From NCBI GenBank assembly GCA_963844525.1, contig CAWJOM010000006.1:1368601-1432600 (forward strand): DNA of 64,000 bases, in the 5' to 3' direction. Source of the DNA: an uncultured Acidobacteriaceae bacterium (GTDB taxonomy: Bacteria > Acidobacteriota > Terriglobia > Terriglobales > Acidobacteriaceae). How positions within the stretch are numbered: position 1 is the stretch's first letter; every line of letters begins with the position of its first letter. The notes beneath the pieces were generated by a model. That model saw only the letters and a program-made list of their open reading frames with translations, searched no databases and had not been told where the DNA came from. Below, in pieces: positions 47,901 to 59,926 of this stretch. The position numbers and the translations under genes were made by a program.

Positions 47901-48578
47901 ATGGCTCGAGTTAGTTCAATATTTTTTGTGGTGCTGTTTGCGGCATCTTTGTGTTTCGCGCAGGCTGCTGCGCAAGCTTCTCCACAGGCAGCAATTCCCA
48001 ATGCCATCGGTCACGGAGCGTTTCCTGTAAAAGTGACAAAAACTCTGGACTCCAGCAAATTGAAGGATGGCGACACGGTCGAACTGGAAACCTCGGGGGG
48101 CTTCAAACTGCCCGACGGAACATTGGTTCCCAAAGGTTCGAAGCTGTTTGGCCACGTCACGACGACGAAAGCTCGATCCAAAGGGGATTCCGAGTCCCAA
48201 CTGGCGATTGTCTTCGACAAGCTGAACGTCGCCAACGGCAAACAACTTTCCGTCAAAGGCGTGGTGCAGGCAGTATTTCCGCCCGCGGACGAAGTGGATC
48301 CCGGCGTCCCCGGTTCGTCCGTTCATCAGGGAGGAAATGGAGCCGGTCTAACGGCCGGCGCCGCCGTCCCACCTCCGGACTACAAGCCGACCAGCGACAT
48401 CAAGATTGGGACTAATACCGCATCAACTCAGTCTCAATCGGTCGCAGATCCGAAGGCAGTGGGCGTGCACGGATTTGAGAATCTGCAGTTGAATGACGGA
48501 GTCCTGACCTCGAGCGGCAAGAATGTGAAGCTTGGTAGCGGCGTTCGGCTGATCGTCCACGTCGACATCATGGGATAG
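47901..48578 (+). CDS. secreted hypothetical protein (paralog 1)
   Basis: GGAGG RBS before the ATG at 47901. Signal peptide IFFVVLFAASLCFAQA. Confidence 0.7.
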   Translation: MARVSSIFFVVLFAASLCFAQAAAQASPQAAIPNAIGHGAFPVKVTKTLDSSKLKDGDTVELETSGGFKLPDGTLVPKGSKLFGHVTTTKARSKGDSESQLAIVFDKLNVANGKQLSVKGVVQAVFPPADEVDPGVPGSSVHQGGNGAGLTAGAAVPPPDYKPTSDIKIGTNTASTQSQSVADPKAVGVHGFENLQLNDGVLTSSGKNVKLGSGVRLIVHVDIMG

Positions 48579-48616
48579 GCTGCCTGTCGAGGCGTGATTT
48601 ATCGTTTACGAAATAG

Positions 48617-48650
48617 AATGGCGCGGCCTTTGCCGCGCCATTTTGTTTTT
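48617..48650 (+). terminator. rho-independent terminator
   Basis: AATGGCGCGG pairs with CCGCGCCATT (10 bp, 6-nt loop), followed by TTGTTTTT. Confidence 0.75.
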
Positions 48651-48827
48651 GTGAGGGGAAGAGCCTCTTGGGGCACCCACTACCTTTGATTACATGTTGG
48701 CAGTTAATGGCCAGGAAGATTCGCAATTGCGACCCGCCACGCCCTCGCGCCCGAGAAGTATAATTTCGTGCATCTGCGTGATCAAGGATTGACATTTTCG
48801 GCATCTGACTTATTGGAGGTCGACCCT

Positions 48828-49485
48828 ATGACTCGGATTCATATCAATCGTTCTGGTTGTACTGTTCGCGGTATCTTTGCATCTCGCGCAGGCCGCGCCG
48901 CAAACCTCTCCGCTGCCGGCATCTACGAGTGCCATCGGGCATGGATCATTTCCCGTGAAAGTCACAAAAACACTGGATTCCAGCAAGCTGAAGGAAGGCG
49001 ACACGGTTGAACTAGAGACCTCCGGAAGCTTCAAACTTCCTGACGGTACGCTCGTTCCCAAGGGTTCGAAGATGTCCGGCCACGTGACGGCGGCGAAAGC
49101 GCGGTCCAAGGGAGATCCGCAGTCGCAACTGAGTTATCCTTCGACAAGCTGAATTTGCAAACGGCAAGCAGCTTGCGGTCAAAGGTACCGTGCAGGCTGT
49201 ATTTCCTCCTGCCGACGAACCGGACCCTGGGGTTCCCGGCGCCTCCTCGCACCAGGGCGGCCCAGGCACGTACCGGCACCAGATTACAAGCCGACAACTG
49301 AGATCAAGACCGGATTCCTGCGGAGACAGTCAGCCAAGTCCCGCCAGCAAGCGACTCCGCAGTCGGTCGGCGTGCATGGAATGGATAACCTGCAACTCGA
49401 CAACGGCGTTCTGAGCTCGAAAGGGAAGAACGTGAAACTGGGCGGCGGTGTGCGGTTGGTTGTGCACGTCGATATCTTCAGCTAG
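48828..49485 (+). pseudogene. paralog 2 of the 47901..48578 gene, multiply frameshifted
   Basis: GGAGG RBS before the ATG at 48828. AIGHGSFPVKVTKTLDSSKLKEGDTVELETSGSFKLPDGTLVPKGSK matches paralog 1 closely. Frame breaks are near 48845, 49128, 49160, 49265 and possibly two more. The ending ..VHVDIFS* parallels ..VHVDIMG*. Confidence 0.65.
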
Positions 49486-49522
49486 GCGATTTCGGCCGCA
49501 CACTATTCTTGGCCAAATAAAA

Positions 49523-49556
49523 ATGGCGCGGCTCTCGCCGCGCCATCATTTTTTAA
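49523..49556. terminator. bidirectional terminator between convergent genes
   Basis: ATGGCGCGGC pairs with GCCGCGCCAT (4-nt loop). It is flanked by AATAAAA on the left and CATTTTTT on the right. Confidence 0.7.
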
Positions 49557-49563
49557 GCGATCT

Positions 49564-50304
49564 CTACTTCCCGAATATCACCGTGCTCGAGAAGTGCGAG
49601 GCGGCGGCCATGTAGAAGATCAAGGGCACGGACAGAAAGAAATTCATCCGCGACGCCAGGAAGGCCTGCCGGGCCATGATGGCAGCGTTCGCGGGAGGCG
49701 TGCCCGCCAACGTTCCTCGAATGATCTTCTTGTTATTCGGCCAGATGATTCCCCACACATTGAACAGCATCACGATTCCCATGCCGCCGCCGACGCCGAT
49801 CGAAACTACGTGGTTGTCGTCTCCACCCACCGGCGTGTAATTCACGAACACCCATCCAGCGGCGTAGACGAGAATTGCCGTGATGGCGCCCAAGACATAT
49901 CCGCTAGGCGTCACCTTCTTGATCACGAAAAATAAAATTGCCCAGACTCCGATCCAGAGCAGCAGAAAGAGCCCGAACGTACTGCCCTGGCCCAGTCCCT
50001 GGCGCTGTGCATCGGGCGCGACCAGGAACTGCCCCCAATACCACAGGCCTATGAACACGGTGACCAAAGAGCTCCAGCGGAACCAGTTGAGGGCCGGCAA
50101 GGTCAGGTACTGAAAAATCTTCGGTTTGGCGCCGGCATCAACCTGCTTCATAAACGGCACGTTGATCAGGTTAAAAAAATAGAGCAGACCGACCCACGTG
50201 ATTCCAGCGATGATGTGGAACCAGCGCAGGATGAGTTGAGCCGCTTCCTTGCCGGTAATTGTGGGCATGACCACAGATGCTGCCACTGCGACGAAATGGT
50301 GCAT
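49564..50304 (-). CDS. polytopic membrane protein (resembles Urate_ox_N / PuuD N-terminal family; weak call)
   Basis: LRWFHIIAGITWVGLLYFFNL motif, about 6 hydrophobic helices, GGAGG RBS. Confidence 0.6.
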   Translation of the reverse strand: MHHFVAVAASVVMPTITGKEAAQLILRWFHIIAGITWVGLLYFFNLINVPFMKQVDAGAKPKIFQYLTLPALNWFRWSSLVTVFIGLWYWGQFLVAPDAQRQGLGQGSTFGLFLLLWIGVWAILFFVIKKVTPSGYVLGAITAILVYAAGWVFVNYTPVGGDDNHVVSIGVGGGMGIVMLFNVWGIIWPNNKKIIRGTLAGTPPANAAIMARQAFLASRMNFFLSVPLIFYMAAASHFSSTVIFGK

Positions 50305-50773
50305 GTAGGATTTCCTCCGCCAACTTGTTTGGCAAATCTGGCTCGCCTGGTCCGAACTGTGGGTTGCGCGGCCTCCGAATGCCCTGAGACCGGAGACATT
50401 CGGCGAAATAGAGACATCCAGCGGGAATGCGCGTGAATGTACTCGCGAGCTGCGGAATCGTATTCCGCGGCTTCATCGAGTCGAGGAAAGTCTGCACTTT
50501 GTGGCGGGGCGCTGTCAATCCGCAAGCGGGGTTCGCCAACTTCCAGTTGAAAAGCGGTCGAGATCGCCGTATGGTACTCACATCCACCCGCTGAAGGCGT
50601 GCCCTGCGGAATGGGGGCGCCAATGGCGGGGTTGTCCCCCCTTGTTCCTCCGGCCCGGGAAGGCCTCGGGGAACTTGCTGTGGCATTGATCCGTCCATGG
50701 GCGCCTGTGGACGGGCGACTGGCAGTTCGCAGTCTACAAATCTTCGCAGTTGGCATATCTAAGGAGATCGGCG

Positions 50774-51088
50774 ATGGATAGCAACAAGCCGGCACAGAAC
50801 ATTCAGGATTCCTTCCTCAACACGGCCCGCAAGGAAAGACTCAGCATTACGATTTACCTGCTGAGCGGCGTGAAGTTAACGGGCCGCATCCGCTCTTTTG
50901 ACAAGTACTCCGTGGTGCTGGAGGCGAACGGTCAGGAGCAGCTCATCTTCAAGCACGCCATCTCCACTGTGGTAATGGGGAGGGTGGCTTCGACGCATGT
51001 GACCCACGCGGTGCATCCGGAAAAAACAGTGGCTGGAACGGCTGCTGTCCCGCTTGCTGCAGCGAGCGCTTCGGGCACCGAAGGATAA
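50774..51088 (+). CDS. hfq: RNA chaperone Hfq
   Basis: AAGGAG RBS. The Sm motifs are [40 protein letters not shown]...[11 protein letters not shown]. Confidence 0.9.
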   Translation: MDSNKPAQNIQDSFLNTARKERLSITIYLLSGVKLTGRIRSFDKYSVVLEANGQEQLIFKHAISTVVMGRVASTHVTHAVHPEKTVAGTAAVPLAAASASGTEG

Positions 51089-51100
51089 GGCGTTTTCGGC

Positions 51101-52567
51101 TTGGGAAGTTCTCAGGGCAAAAAATCCCGCGGCACTGCGCGCACCGTCCGACGTGTGCCTCTGGGGGCGCCGGTGGTTCGCGGTGAGCCGGAGCGTGAAC
51201 GCGCGTTTCTGGTAGGCCTTGAGGTCCGAACGCGCGGCCGTAGCAGCGCCAAGGGGACGGTCACGGCCCAGGCGTCCGCCGCACGCGATAGCGCCGCCCT
51301 GCAGCCGGCGAAGGCTGGAACTGCGGCAAAGTCCAACGGCAAGCCCAGCATCCCCGAGTTCGACGCCGACGAATCGCTGGCCGAACTGCGCACGTTAGCC
51401 GAGAGCGCCGGGGCCGAAGTCGTTGGCGAGATCCTGCAGCGGCGCGACCGGCCCGATCCCGCGACTCTGATTGGAGCCGGCAAGCTGGAAGAAATTTCGG
51501 GCGCGGCCGCCTCGGTCGACGCCGACGTTCTCCTGTTCGATCACGATCTCAGTCCGTCGCAGCAGCGCAATATCGAAAAAATCATCCAGCGGCGGGTGAT
51601 CGACCGCACGCAGCTCATCCTCGACATTTTTGCGAAGCACGCGCGCACCCGGGAAGGTCAGCTGCAAGTGGAGCTGGCGCAACTGCAATACATGCTGCCA
51701 CGGTTGGCGGGGCATGGCATCGAGATGTCGCAACTTGGCGGCGGCATCGGCACGCGCGGCCCCGGCGAAACCAAGCTCGAAACCGATCGCCGCAAGATCG
51801 CCCGGCGCGTGCGTAATGTCGAGCAGCAAATCGAGAATGTTCGTCGTATTCGTACCCAGCAGCGCCAGCGGCGTGAGTCCGCCCCGGTCGCAACGATCGC
51901 TCTCGTGGGATATACGAATGCCGGCAAGTCCACGCTGTTCAACGCATTGACCCATGCGAAGGTCCTGGAATCGTCCCGCATGTTTGCAACGCTGGATCCG
52001 ACGCTGCGGGGAGTGGATCTCCCCTCGAAGCGCAAAGTGCTGTTGTCCGATACCGTAGGATTCATTCGCAGCCTGCCGCACACCCTGGTCTCGGCCTTCC
52101 GCGCGACGCTGGAAGAAGTGCAGCGGGCGTCGCTGATTCTGCACGTGTCCGACGCCAGCAGCAAGCTCTCAGCCGAGCAGGACGCGCAGGTGGAAATTGT
52201 CCTGAAGGAATTGGAAGCCGAGAAGAAGCCGCGCCTGCGTGTGATGAATAAGATCGATCTGCTGGACGACGAAGTCGCGCAGTCGTTGCTGGTGGACTCC
52301 TTACGCCCGGACTCGAAGACGGTATATGTTTCCGCGGCGGAGGGAACCGGGCTCAACACACTGCTCGACCGCATCGACTCGCTCATCGAAGAAGACAGCG
52401 TCAGCCGCGTGCATCTCCGCGTCCCGCAGAAAGAAGGGAAGATGCTGGCCATGCTGGAAGCCAAAGCGAGGATTTACTCCCGGAAATACAAGGATGGAGC
52501 AGTGGAGTTGGAAGTGGAAGCTCCGGCCTCGGTGGTGCGTCGCGTGAAAGAGTTCGTGCTGCGCTAG
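51101..52567 (+). CDS. hflX: GTPase HflX
   Basis: [10 protein letters not shown]1 motif, DTVGF, NKID. The hfq-hflX order is conserved. TTG start at 51101 (tentative). Confidence 0.9.
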   Translation: MGSSQGKKSRGTARTVRRVPLGAPVVRGEPERERAFLVGLEVRTRGRSSAKGTVTAQASAARDSAALQPAKAGTAAKSNGKPSIPEFDADESLAELRTLAESAGAEVVGEILQRRDRPDPATLIGAGKLEEISGAAASVDADVLLFDHDLSPSQQRNIEKIIQRRVIDRTQLILDIFAKHARTREGQLQVELAQLQYMLPRLAGHGIEMSQLGGGIGTRGPGETKLETDRRKIARRVRNVEQQIENVRRIRTQQRQRRESAPVATIALVGYTNAGKSTLFNALTHAKVLESSRMFATLDPTLRGVDLPSKRKVLLSDTVGFIRSLPHTLVSAFRATLEEVQRASLILHVSDASSKLSAEQDAQVEIVLKELEAEKKPRLRVMNKIDLLDDEVAQSLLVDSLRPDSKTVYVSAAEGTGLNTLLDRIDSLIEEDSVSRVHLRVPQKEGKMLAMLEAKARIYSRKYKDGAVELEVEAPASVVRRVKEFVLR

Positions 52568-52866
52568 CAACACGGCTCGAGCGGCCACAATTTAAATGGG
52601 CCGGCAACCAAGAAGCGGTGACATTCCTTGGCTATCGGCCCATTCGATCCTGAATTGGATCGGAGGTGATGTTTCAATGCTATTCCCATTTTGGCCGAAG
52701 TCAAGGTCTATATGCAGAAATTTGCGAGATGTCCTCCATGCGTTCTTGGACTCCCGTCTAACTCTATTGTTTCCACGGATCTGCGGCGGTTCTGTCAGTC
52801 TGCTTGGGACCCGAGAGAGCCGTGTTCTCACTCCCGTAATCATTCGCTAAACCGATCTTGTTCGCG

Positions 52867-52896
52867 TTGACACGCACTCCTTGAGACGTTTAGACT
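52867..52896 (+). promoter_or_regulatory. candidate sigma-70-type promoter of the atp operon
   Basis: TTGACA (52867-52872), an 18-nt spacer, then TAGACT (52891-52896). This is pattern match only. Confidence 0.25.
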
Positions 52897-52964
52897 TAAC
52901 AGTTTTCATAGCCCTCATTTTCCGGTCTAACGGGTCAAACTTAGCAACACATACTTAGCAACAC

Positions 52965-53420
52965 ATGGATGAGACGCTTCGACAACTAGGCGAATTACTG
53001 CTCGGATCGATCCCGACGGTAATTCTCGTCGCGCTGCTCTACATTCTCTACACGGCGATGGTCCACAAGCCGTTGCAGCGTGTGCTCGCGGAGCGGCGCA
53101 GCAAGACCGAAGGCGCTGTCGAGAAGTCGCGCGCCGACATCGCCGCCGCCGAAGCGCGTACTGCCGAATACGAGCAGAAGCTGCGGGAAGCGCGAGCGGC
53201 TGTGTTCAAGTCGCAAGAGGCGCGGCGCCAGGCAGTGTTGCAGGCGCGGACCTCCGCGATCAACGAGGCCCGAAGCAAGGCTCAGGCCCAGGTGCAGGCT
53301 GCAAAGAAAGATATTGAAAGCGACCGCACCGCAGCCGAGGCAGGATTGCCCGCCGACGCAGCCGCGCTGGCGCAGGAAATCATGAAGCGCGTTCTGCAGC
53401 CCGCTGGAGCAGCCCGATGA
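52965..53420 (+). CDS. F0F1 ATP synthase subunit b' (B/B' family)
   Basis: A single N-terminal TM helix then a long charged helix (AERRSKTEGAVEKSRADIAAAEARTAEYEQKL). Overlaps the next gene by ATGA. Confidence 0.8.
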   Translation: MDETLRQLGELLLGSIPTVILVALLYILYTAMVHKPLQRVLAERRSKTEGAVEKSRADIAAAEARTAEYEQKLREARAAVFKSQEARRQAVLQARTSAINEARSKAQAQVQAAKKDIESDRTAAEAGLPADAAALAQEIMKRVLQPAGAAR

Positions 53421-54223
53421 GCACGTTCTCGATTACGGCGTCGATCAAAAGAATGTTCCGGACTGCTCTCCTTGCGCTGTTCGTGACGAGTTGCGTCGGC
53501 GCTGTGTCCCTGAGAGCGCAGGACCAGCCAGGCCCGCCCGAGGCGAAACCGCCTGTTTCTTCCGAACAGAAGCAAGACAGCGGCGCTTCCGCACAGCATT
53601 CCGGAGGCACAAGCCGCCAGTTGGCGCACCAGAGCAAAGAGGCCGCTGGGGAAGAAAAAGACGAGATGGCGGAGTTCAAGCAGTCGGCCGCGGTGCGGGG
53701 AATCGCGAAACTGACCGGCTTGAATCTGCAGCAGTCCTACTGGCTGTGCGTGCTGCTGAATTTTGTGGTCATCGCAGCGATCCTCATCTGGGCCGCGCGC
53801 AAGAACTTGCCCGGAATGTTTCGGAGCCGCAGCGCCGCGATCCAGAAGGCGATGCAGGAGGCGCAGGCAGCCAGCGAAGAAGCGCGCCGCAGGCTCGCCG
53901 AGATCGAGTCGCGCCTGATGAAGCTGGATGTCGAAATTGCCGCGATGCGCGATACTGCCGAAAGAGAAGGCGCCGCCGAGGAAGCCCGCATTCGCGCCGC
54001 AGCCGAAGAGGATAAGCTGAAGATCGTTGCTTCCGCCGAGCAGGAAATCGCGGCGGCTGCGAAGGCTGCGCGCCGCCAGCTCACCGAGTATGCCGCCGAT
54101 CTTGCAGTCGGCCTGGCGCGAAAACAGATTCGCGTCGATGCCGGTACCGATCAGGCTCTGGTCCGCAATTTTTCCCAGGAACTGGGCGCGTCCTCCGACG
54201 ACTCCGGAAAGGGCAGGAACTAG
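53417..54223 (+). CDS. atpF: F0F1 ATP synthase subunit b with ~95-aa N-terminal extension
   Basis: TM helix YWLCVLLNFVVIAAILIWAA, then the canonical b-subunit helix. It is preceded by a signal-like segment and a low-complexity stretch. Confidence 0.8.
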   Translation: MSTFSITASIKRMFRTALLALFVTSCVGAVSLRAQDQPGPPEAKPPVSSEQKQDSGASAQHSGGTSRQLAHQSKEAAGEEKDEMAEFKQSAAVRGIAKLTGLNLQQSYWLCVLLNFVVIAAILIWAARKNLPGMFRSRSAAIQKAMQEAQAASEEARRRLAEIESRLMKLDVEIAAMRDTAEREGAAEEARIRAAAEEDKLKIVASAEQEIAAAAKAARRQLTEYAADLAVGLARKQIRVDAGTDQALVRNFSQELGASSDDSGKGRN

Positions 54224-54226
54224 ACT

Positions 54227-54751
54227 TTGGCCTCTGTCGCCAACACGTATGCCCGGGCGTTCGCGGACGTGGTGTTCAGTGCGCATCTCGATGCGAATCG
54301 CGAAGTCGGTGGATTGCGCCGGATCGCCGCTTTGCTTGCCGAGAGCCAGGATTTGAAGCGCGTGTGGGAGAATCCGGCAGTGCCTGCCGAGCAGAAGCGC
54401 AGGTTGCTGGACGCGATTGTCGAGCGCGAGGGGATCGAGCATCACGCGCGGAATCTGATGGCTGTTCTCATCGATCACCACCGCGTGCAATTCCTGGAGC
54501 GAATCATTGAGCAACTGAAAAAAGAACTCGACGCCCGCATGGGAATCGCCGAGGCCAACGTCTCCAGCGCGCGTGAGCTGGGCGACGACGAAAAGCGGAC
54601 TCTCGAAGGACAGATTGAAAAAGTTACCGGTAAGAAAGTTCACGCGCACTTTGGCCTCGACACATCGCTCTTGGGCGGCGCCGTGGTCCGCGTAGGCAGC
54701 ACGATCTACGACGGCTCCGTGAAGGGCCAGTTGGAGAAGATACGGGAAGCT

Positions 54752-54763
<12 letters not shown>
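54227..54763 (+). CDS. atpH: F0F1 ATP synthase subunit delta (OSCP)
   Basis: 178 aa starting VANTYARAFADVV, with ..LLGGAVVRVGSTIYDGSV.. TTG start. Confidence 0.85.
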
Positions 54764-56429
<1,666 letters not shown>

Positions 56430-56514
56430 GCTTTTAGCTCCTAGCCTTTAGCTCTTAGCTTGAGGCGGGGCGGTAGAGGTTGAGCTAAAGGCTAAGAGCC
56501 AATAGCTAACAGCT
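56430..56514. repeat. AGCT-periodic arms bracketing the atpA-atpG spacer
   Basis: GCTTTTAGCTCCTAGCCTTTAGCTCTTAGCT (56430-56460) and GAGCTAAAGGCTAAGAGCCAATAGCTAACAGCT (56482-56514). The latter is an exact 18-nt complement of 54755-54772. Confidence 0.65.
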
Positions 56515-56521
56515 GGTTTCC

Positions 56522-57604
56522 ATGCCTAACATTCTCGACATTCGTCGCCGTATTCGCAGCGTGATCAACACGCGGCAGATCACCAAGGCCATGAAAGTGG
56601 TCTCGGCGGCGAAGTTGCGCCGCGCTCAGGAACGGGCCTTGGCGGCGCGTCCTTACGCACAGATGCTGACGAATGTCCTGAAGTCCCTGGTGGCGCGCAC
56701 TGAGATTTACGACCCGGAAACGGGCGAGCCGAAACATCCGCTGCTCGCGCACCGCGAAGAGAAAAACATCCTGCTGATTGTGGTGACCGGCGATAAAGGT
56801 CTGGCTGGCGCGTTTAACGCGAACATCACGAAGGCCGCGACTCGCTTCCTCGAGTCCAAAGCTGGCAAGAACGTCGATATCGAAGCCATCGGCCGCAAGG
56901 GACGCGACTTCCTGCGCCGCCGCTACCCCGCCGCGAAAGTGCAGACCAAGAGTCTGGCGGAACTCGTCGATTCGATAGAGTGTGAGCCGGATGAGGCCGA
57001 ACGCTCCGGAGCGACCCAAATCACCGGAGAGCACGTCGGTGTTCTCGGCAAAGTCGAATTTGCGCAAGCTGCCGCTTTGGCGCGAAGTGTGATCACGCGC
57101 TATAAGTACGAAGAAATCGACGCCGTCTACATCGTCTTCAACGAATTCAAGTCGGTGATCGCGCAGCGCCTGATCGTGGAGCAGGTCCTTCCCATCGAGC
57201 AGATCGGCGAGCAGACCGTCCGCCTCGTCGAGGAATTGACGGAAGAAGAAAAGAAAAAGGCCAAAGAGGCGGCAATCAAAGCGGGTGTAGGCATGCGCGG
57301 CACCGATCACTCGGTTGACGAAGCCGCTGCGCAGTTTGCCACCGCGCAAGTGGACTACATTTACGAACAGACCCCGGAAGACTTATTCCGCGACCTGTTG
57401 CCGAAGTATGTAAGCATTCAGATTTTCCGCGCGTTGATGGAGTCGGTCGCGGCCGAGCACGCCGCCCGCATGACCGCAATGGATTCAGCCACCAACAACG
57501 CCACTGACATGATCGATTCCCTGACGCTCGTCATGAACCGCGCCCGCCAGGCGAAGATCACGAAAGAGATCATCGAAATCGTCAGCGGCGCGGCGGCAAT
57601 GTGA
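56522..57604 (+). CDS. atpG: F0F1 ATP synthase subunit gamma (about 65-70 aa longer than typical)
   Basis: IRRRIRSVINTRQITKAMKVVSAAKLRRAQ N-terminus and ARMTAMDSATNNA..ITKEIIEIVSGA C-terminus. It is 360 aa. Confidence 0.9.
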   Translation: MPNILDIRRRIRSVINTRQITKAMKVVSAAKLRRAQERALAARPYAQMLTNVLKSLVARTEIYDPETGEPKHPLLAHREEKNILLIVVTGDKGLAGAFNANITKAATRFLESKAGKNVDIEAIGRKGRDFLRRRYPAAKVQTKSLAELVDSIECEPDEAERSGATQITGEHVGVLGKVEFAQAAALARSVITRYKYEEIDAVYIVFNEFKSVIAQRLIVEQVLPIEQIGEQTVRLVEELTEEEKKKAKEAAIKAGVGMRGTDHSVDEAAAQFATAQVDYIYEQTPEDLFRDLLPKYVSIQIFRALMESVAAEHAARMTAMDSATNNATDMIDSLTLVMNRARQAKITKEIIEIVSGAAAM

Positions 57605-57607
57605 GAA

Positions 57608-59198
<1,591 letters not shown>

Positions 59199-59204
59199 GA
59201 GCGG

Positions 59205-59290
59205 CCGCTGGTCGTTTGTCGTTCGTAAAGCAGTGCGGATGCCAGCGATCGGGCCAGCGACCAGCGACTAAAGACCGGCGACTAAAGACC
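59205..59290. repeat. variant arms bracketing the atpD-atpC spacer
   Basis: Tandem GCGACTAAAGACC x2 (59264-59276, 59278-59290) abut the ATG at 59292. The partly complementary GGTCGTTTGTCG lies at 59210-59221. Confidence 0.5.
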
Positions 59291-59291
59291 A

Positions 59292-59696
59292 ATGGCAGAC
59301 ACATTCAAACTCGAGATCGTCACGCCGGAAAAGAAAGTCGTCGACACGATGGCGGAAGAAGTCCAGATCCCCGGCAAGAGCGGCTATCTGGGCGTCCTGG
59401 CGGGCCATGCCCCGCTAATCACCGAGTTAGCCGTCGGCGAAATCAGCTTCCACGAGAATTCTACCGAACAGCGTCTTGCCGTGGCCTGGGGATTCGCCGA
59501 AGTTCTGCCTGACAAGGTGACGATCCTCGCCGAGACTGCCGAACGTCCGTCCGAGATCGATGTAGATCGCGCCCGTAAAGCCAAAGCGCGTGCCGAACAG
59601 CGCCTCGCCAGCGGCGAAGCTACGGTTGATGTCGACCGCGCCCTGGACGCGCTCCAGCGTGCCGAAACCCGCCTCGAAGTCGCCGCGAAGAAATAA
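59292..59696 (+). CDS. atpC: F0F1 ATP synthase subunit epsilon
   Basis: 134 aa with FKLEIVTPEKKV..LGVLAGHAPLIT. Confidence 0.9.
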   Translation: MADTFKLEIVTPEKKVVDTMAEEVQIPGKSGYLGVLAGHAPLITELAVGEISFHENSTEQRLAVAWGFAEVLPDKVTILAETAERPSEIDVDRARKAKARAEQRLASGEATVDVDRALDALQRAETRLEVAAKK

Positions 59697-59719
59697 ACCG
59701 ACGCACCAATCTCCGATGC

Positions 59720-59805
59720 CAGCCGCGAAGCGGCGAAAGAATGCAGCCCACGGCGCGAGCCGGGCGTACAGAGTGGCGAGTGCGTAAGCCCCGAAGGGTG
59801 CGGAA
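59720..59805 (+). repeat. intergenic repeat, inverted sister of 12205-12312
   Basis: CAGCCGCGAAGCGGCGAAAGAATGCAGCCCACGGCGCGAGCCG.. versus the reverse complement of 12262-12312. Confidence 0.6.
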
Positions 59806-59926
59806 GAAATAGGCGCAAATACCAACCGCCACCCGCCATTCGCTCTTCGAAGCCGCAACCAAGAATCATAGAGCGGCGTGCCTTGCAGTGGCTTACAATT
59901 GGGGCCGTTTGTCTTGGGAGCCGCCA

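Noticed and set aside
50483-50492. GAGGAAAGTC, resembling the RNase P RNA P4 5' strand, upstream of hfq
   Set aside because: The complementary P4 3' strand (..ACAGAA..CCGGCUUA-like) and other universally conserved RNase P blocks are not present nearby. This is probably coincidence.
52677-52850. 58-aa ORF with a GGAGG upstream, considered as AtpI/AtpZ in the atp leader
   Set aside because: It is not hydrophobic and has no TM helices. Its composition is atypical and AT-rich. It has no resemblance to AtpI or AtpZ.
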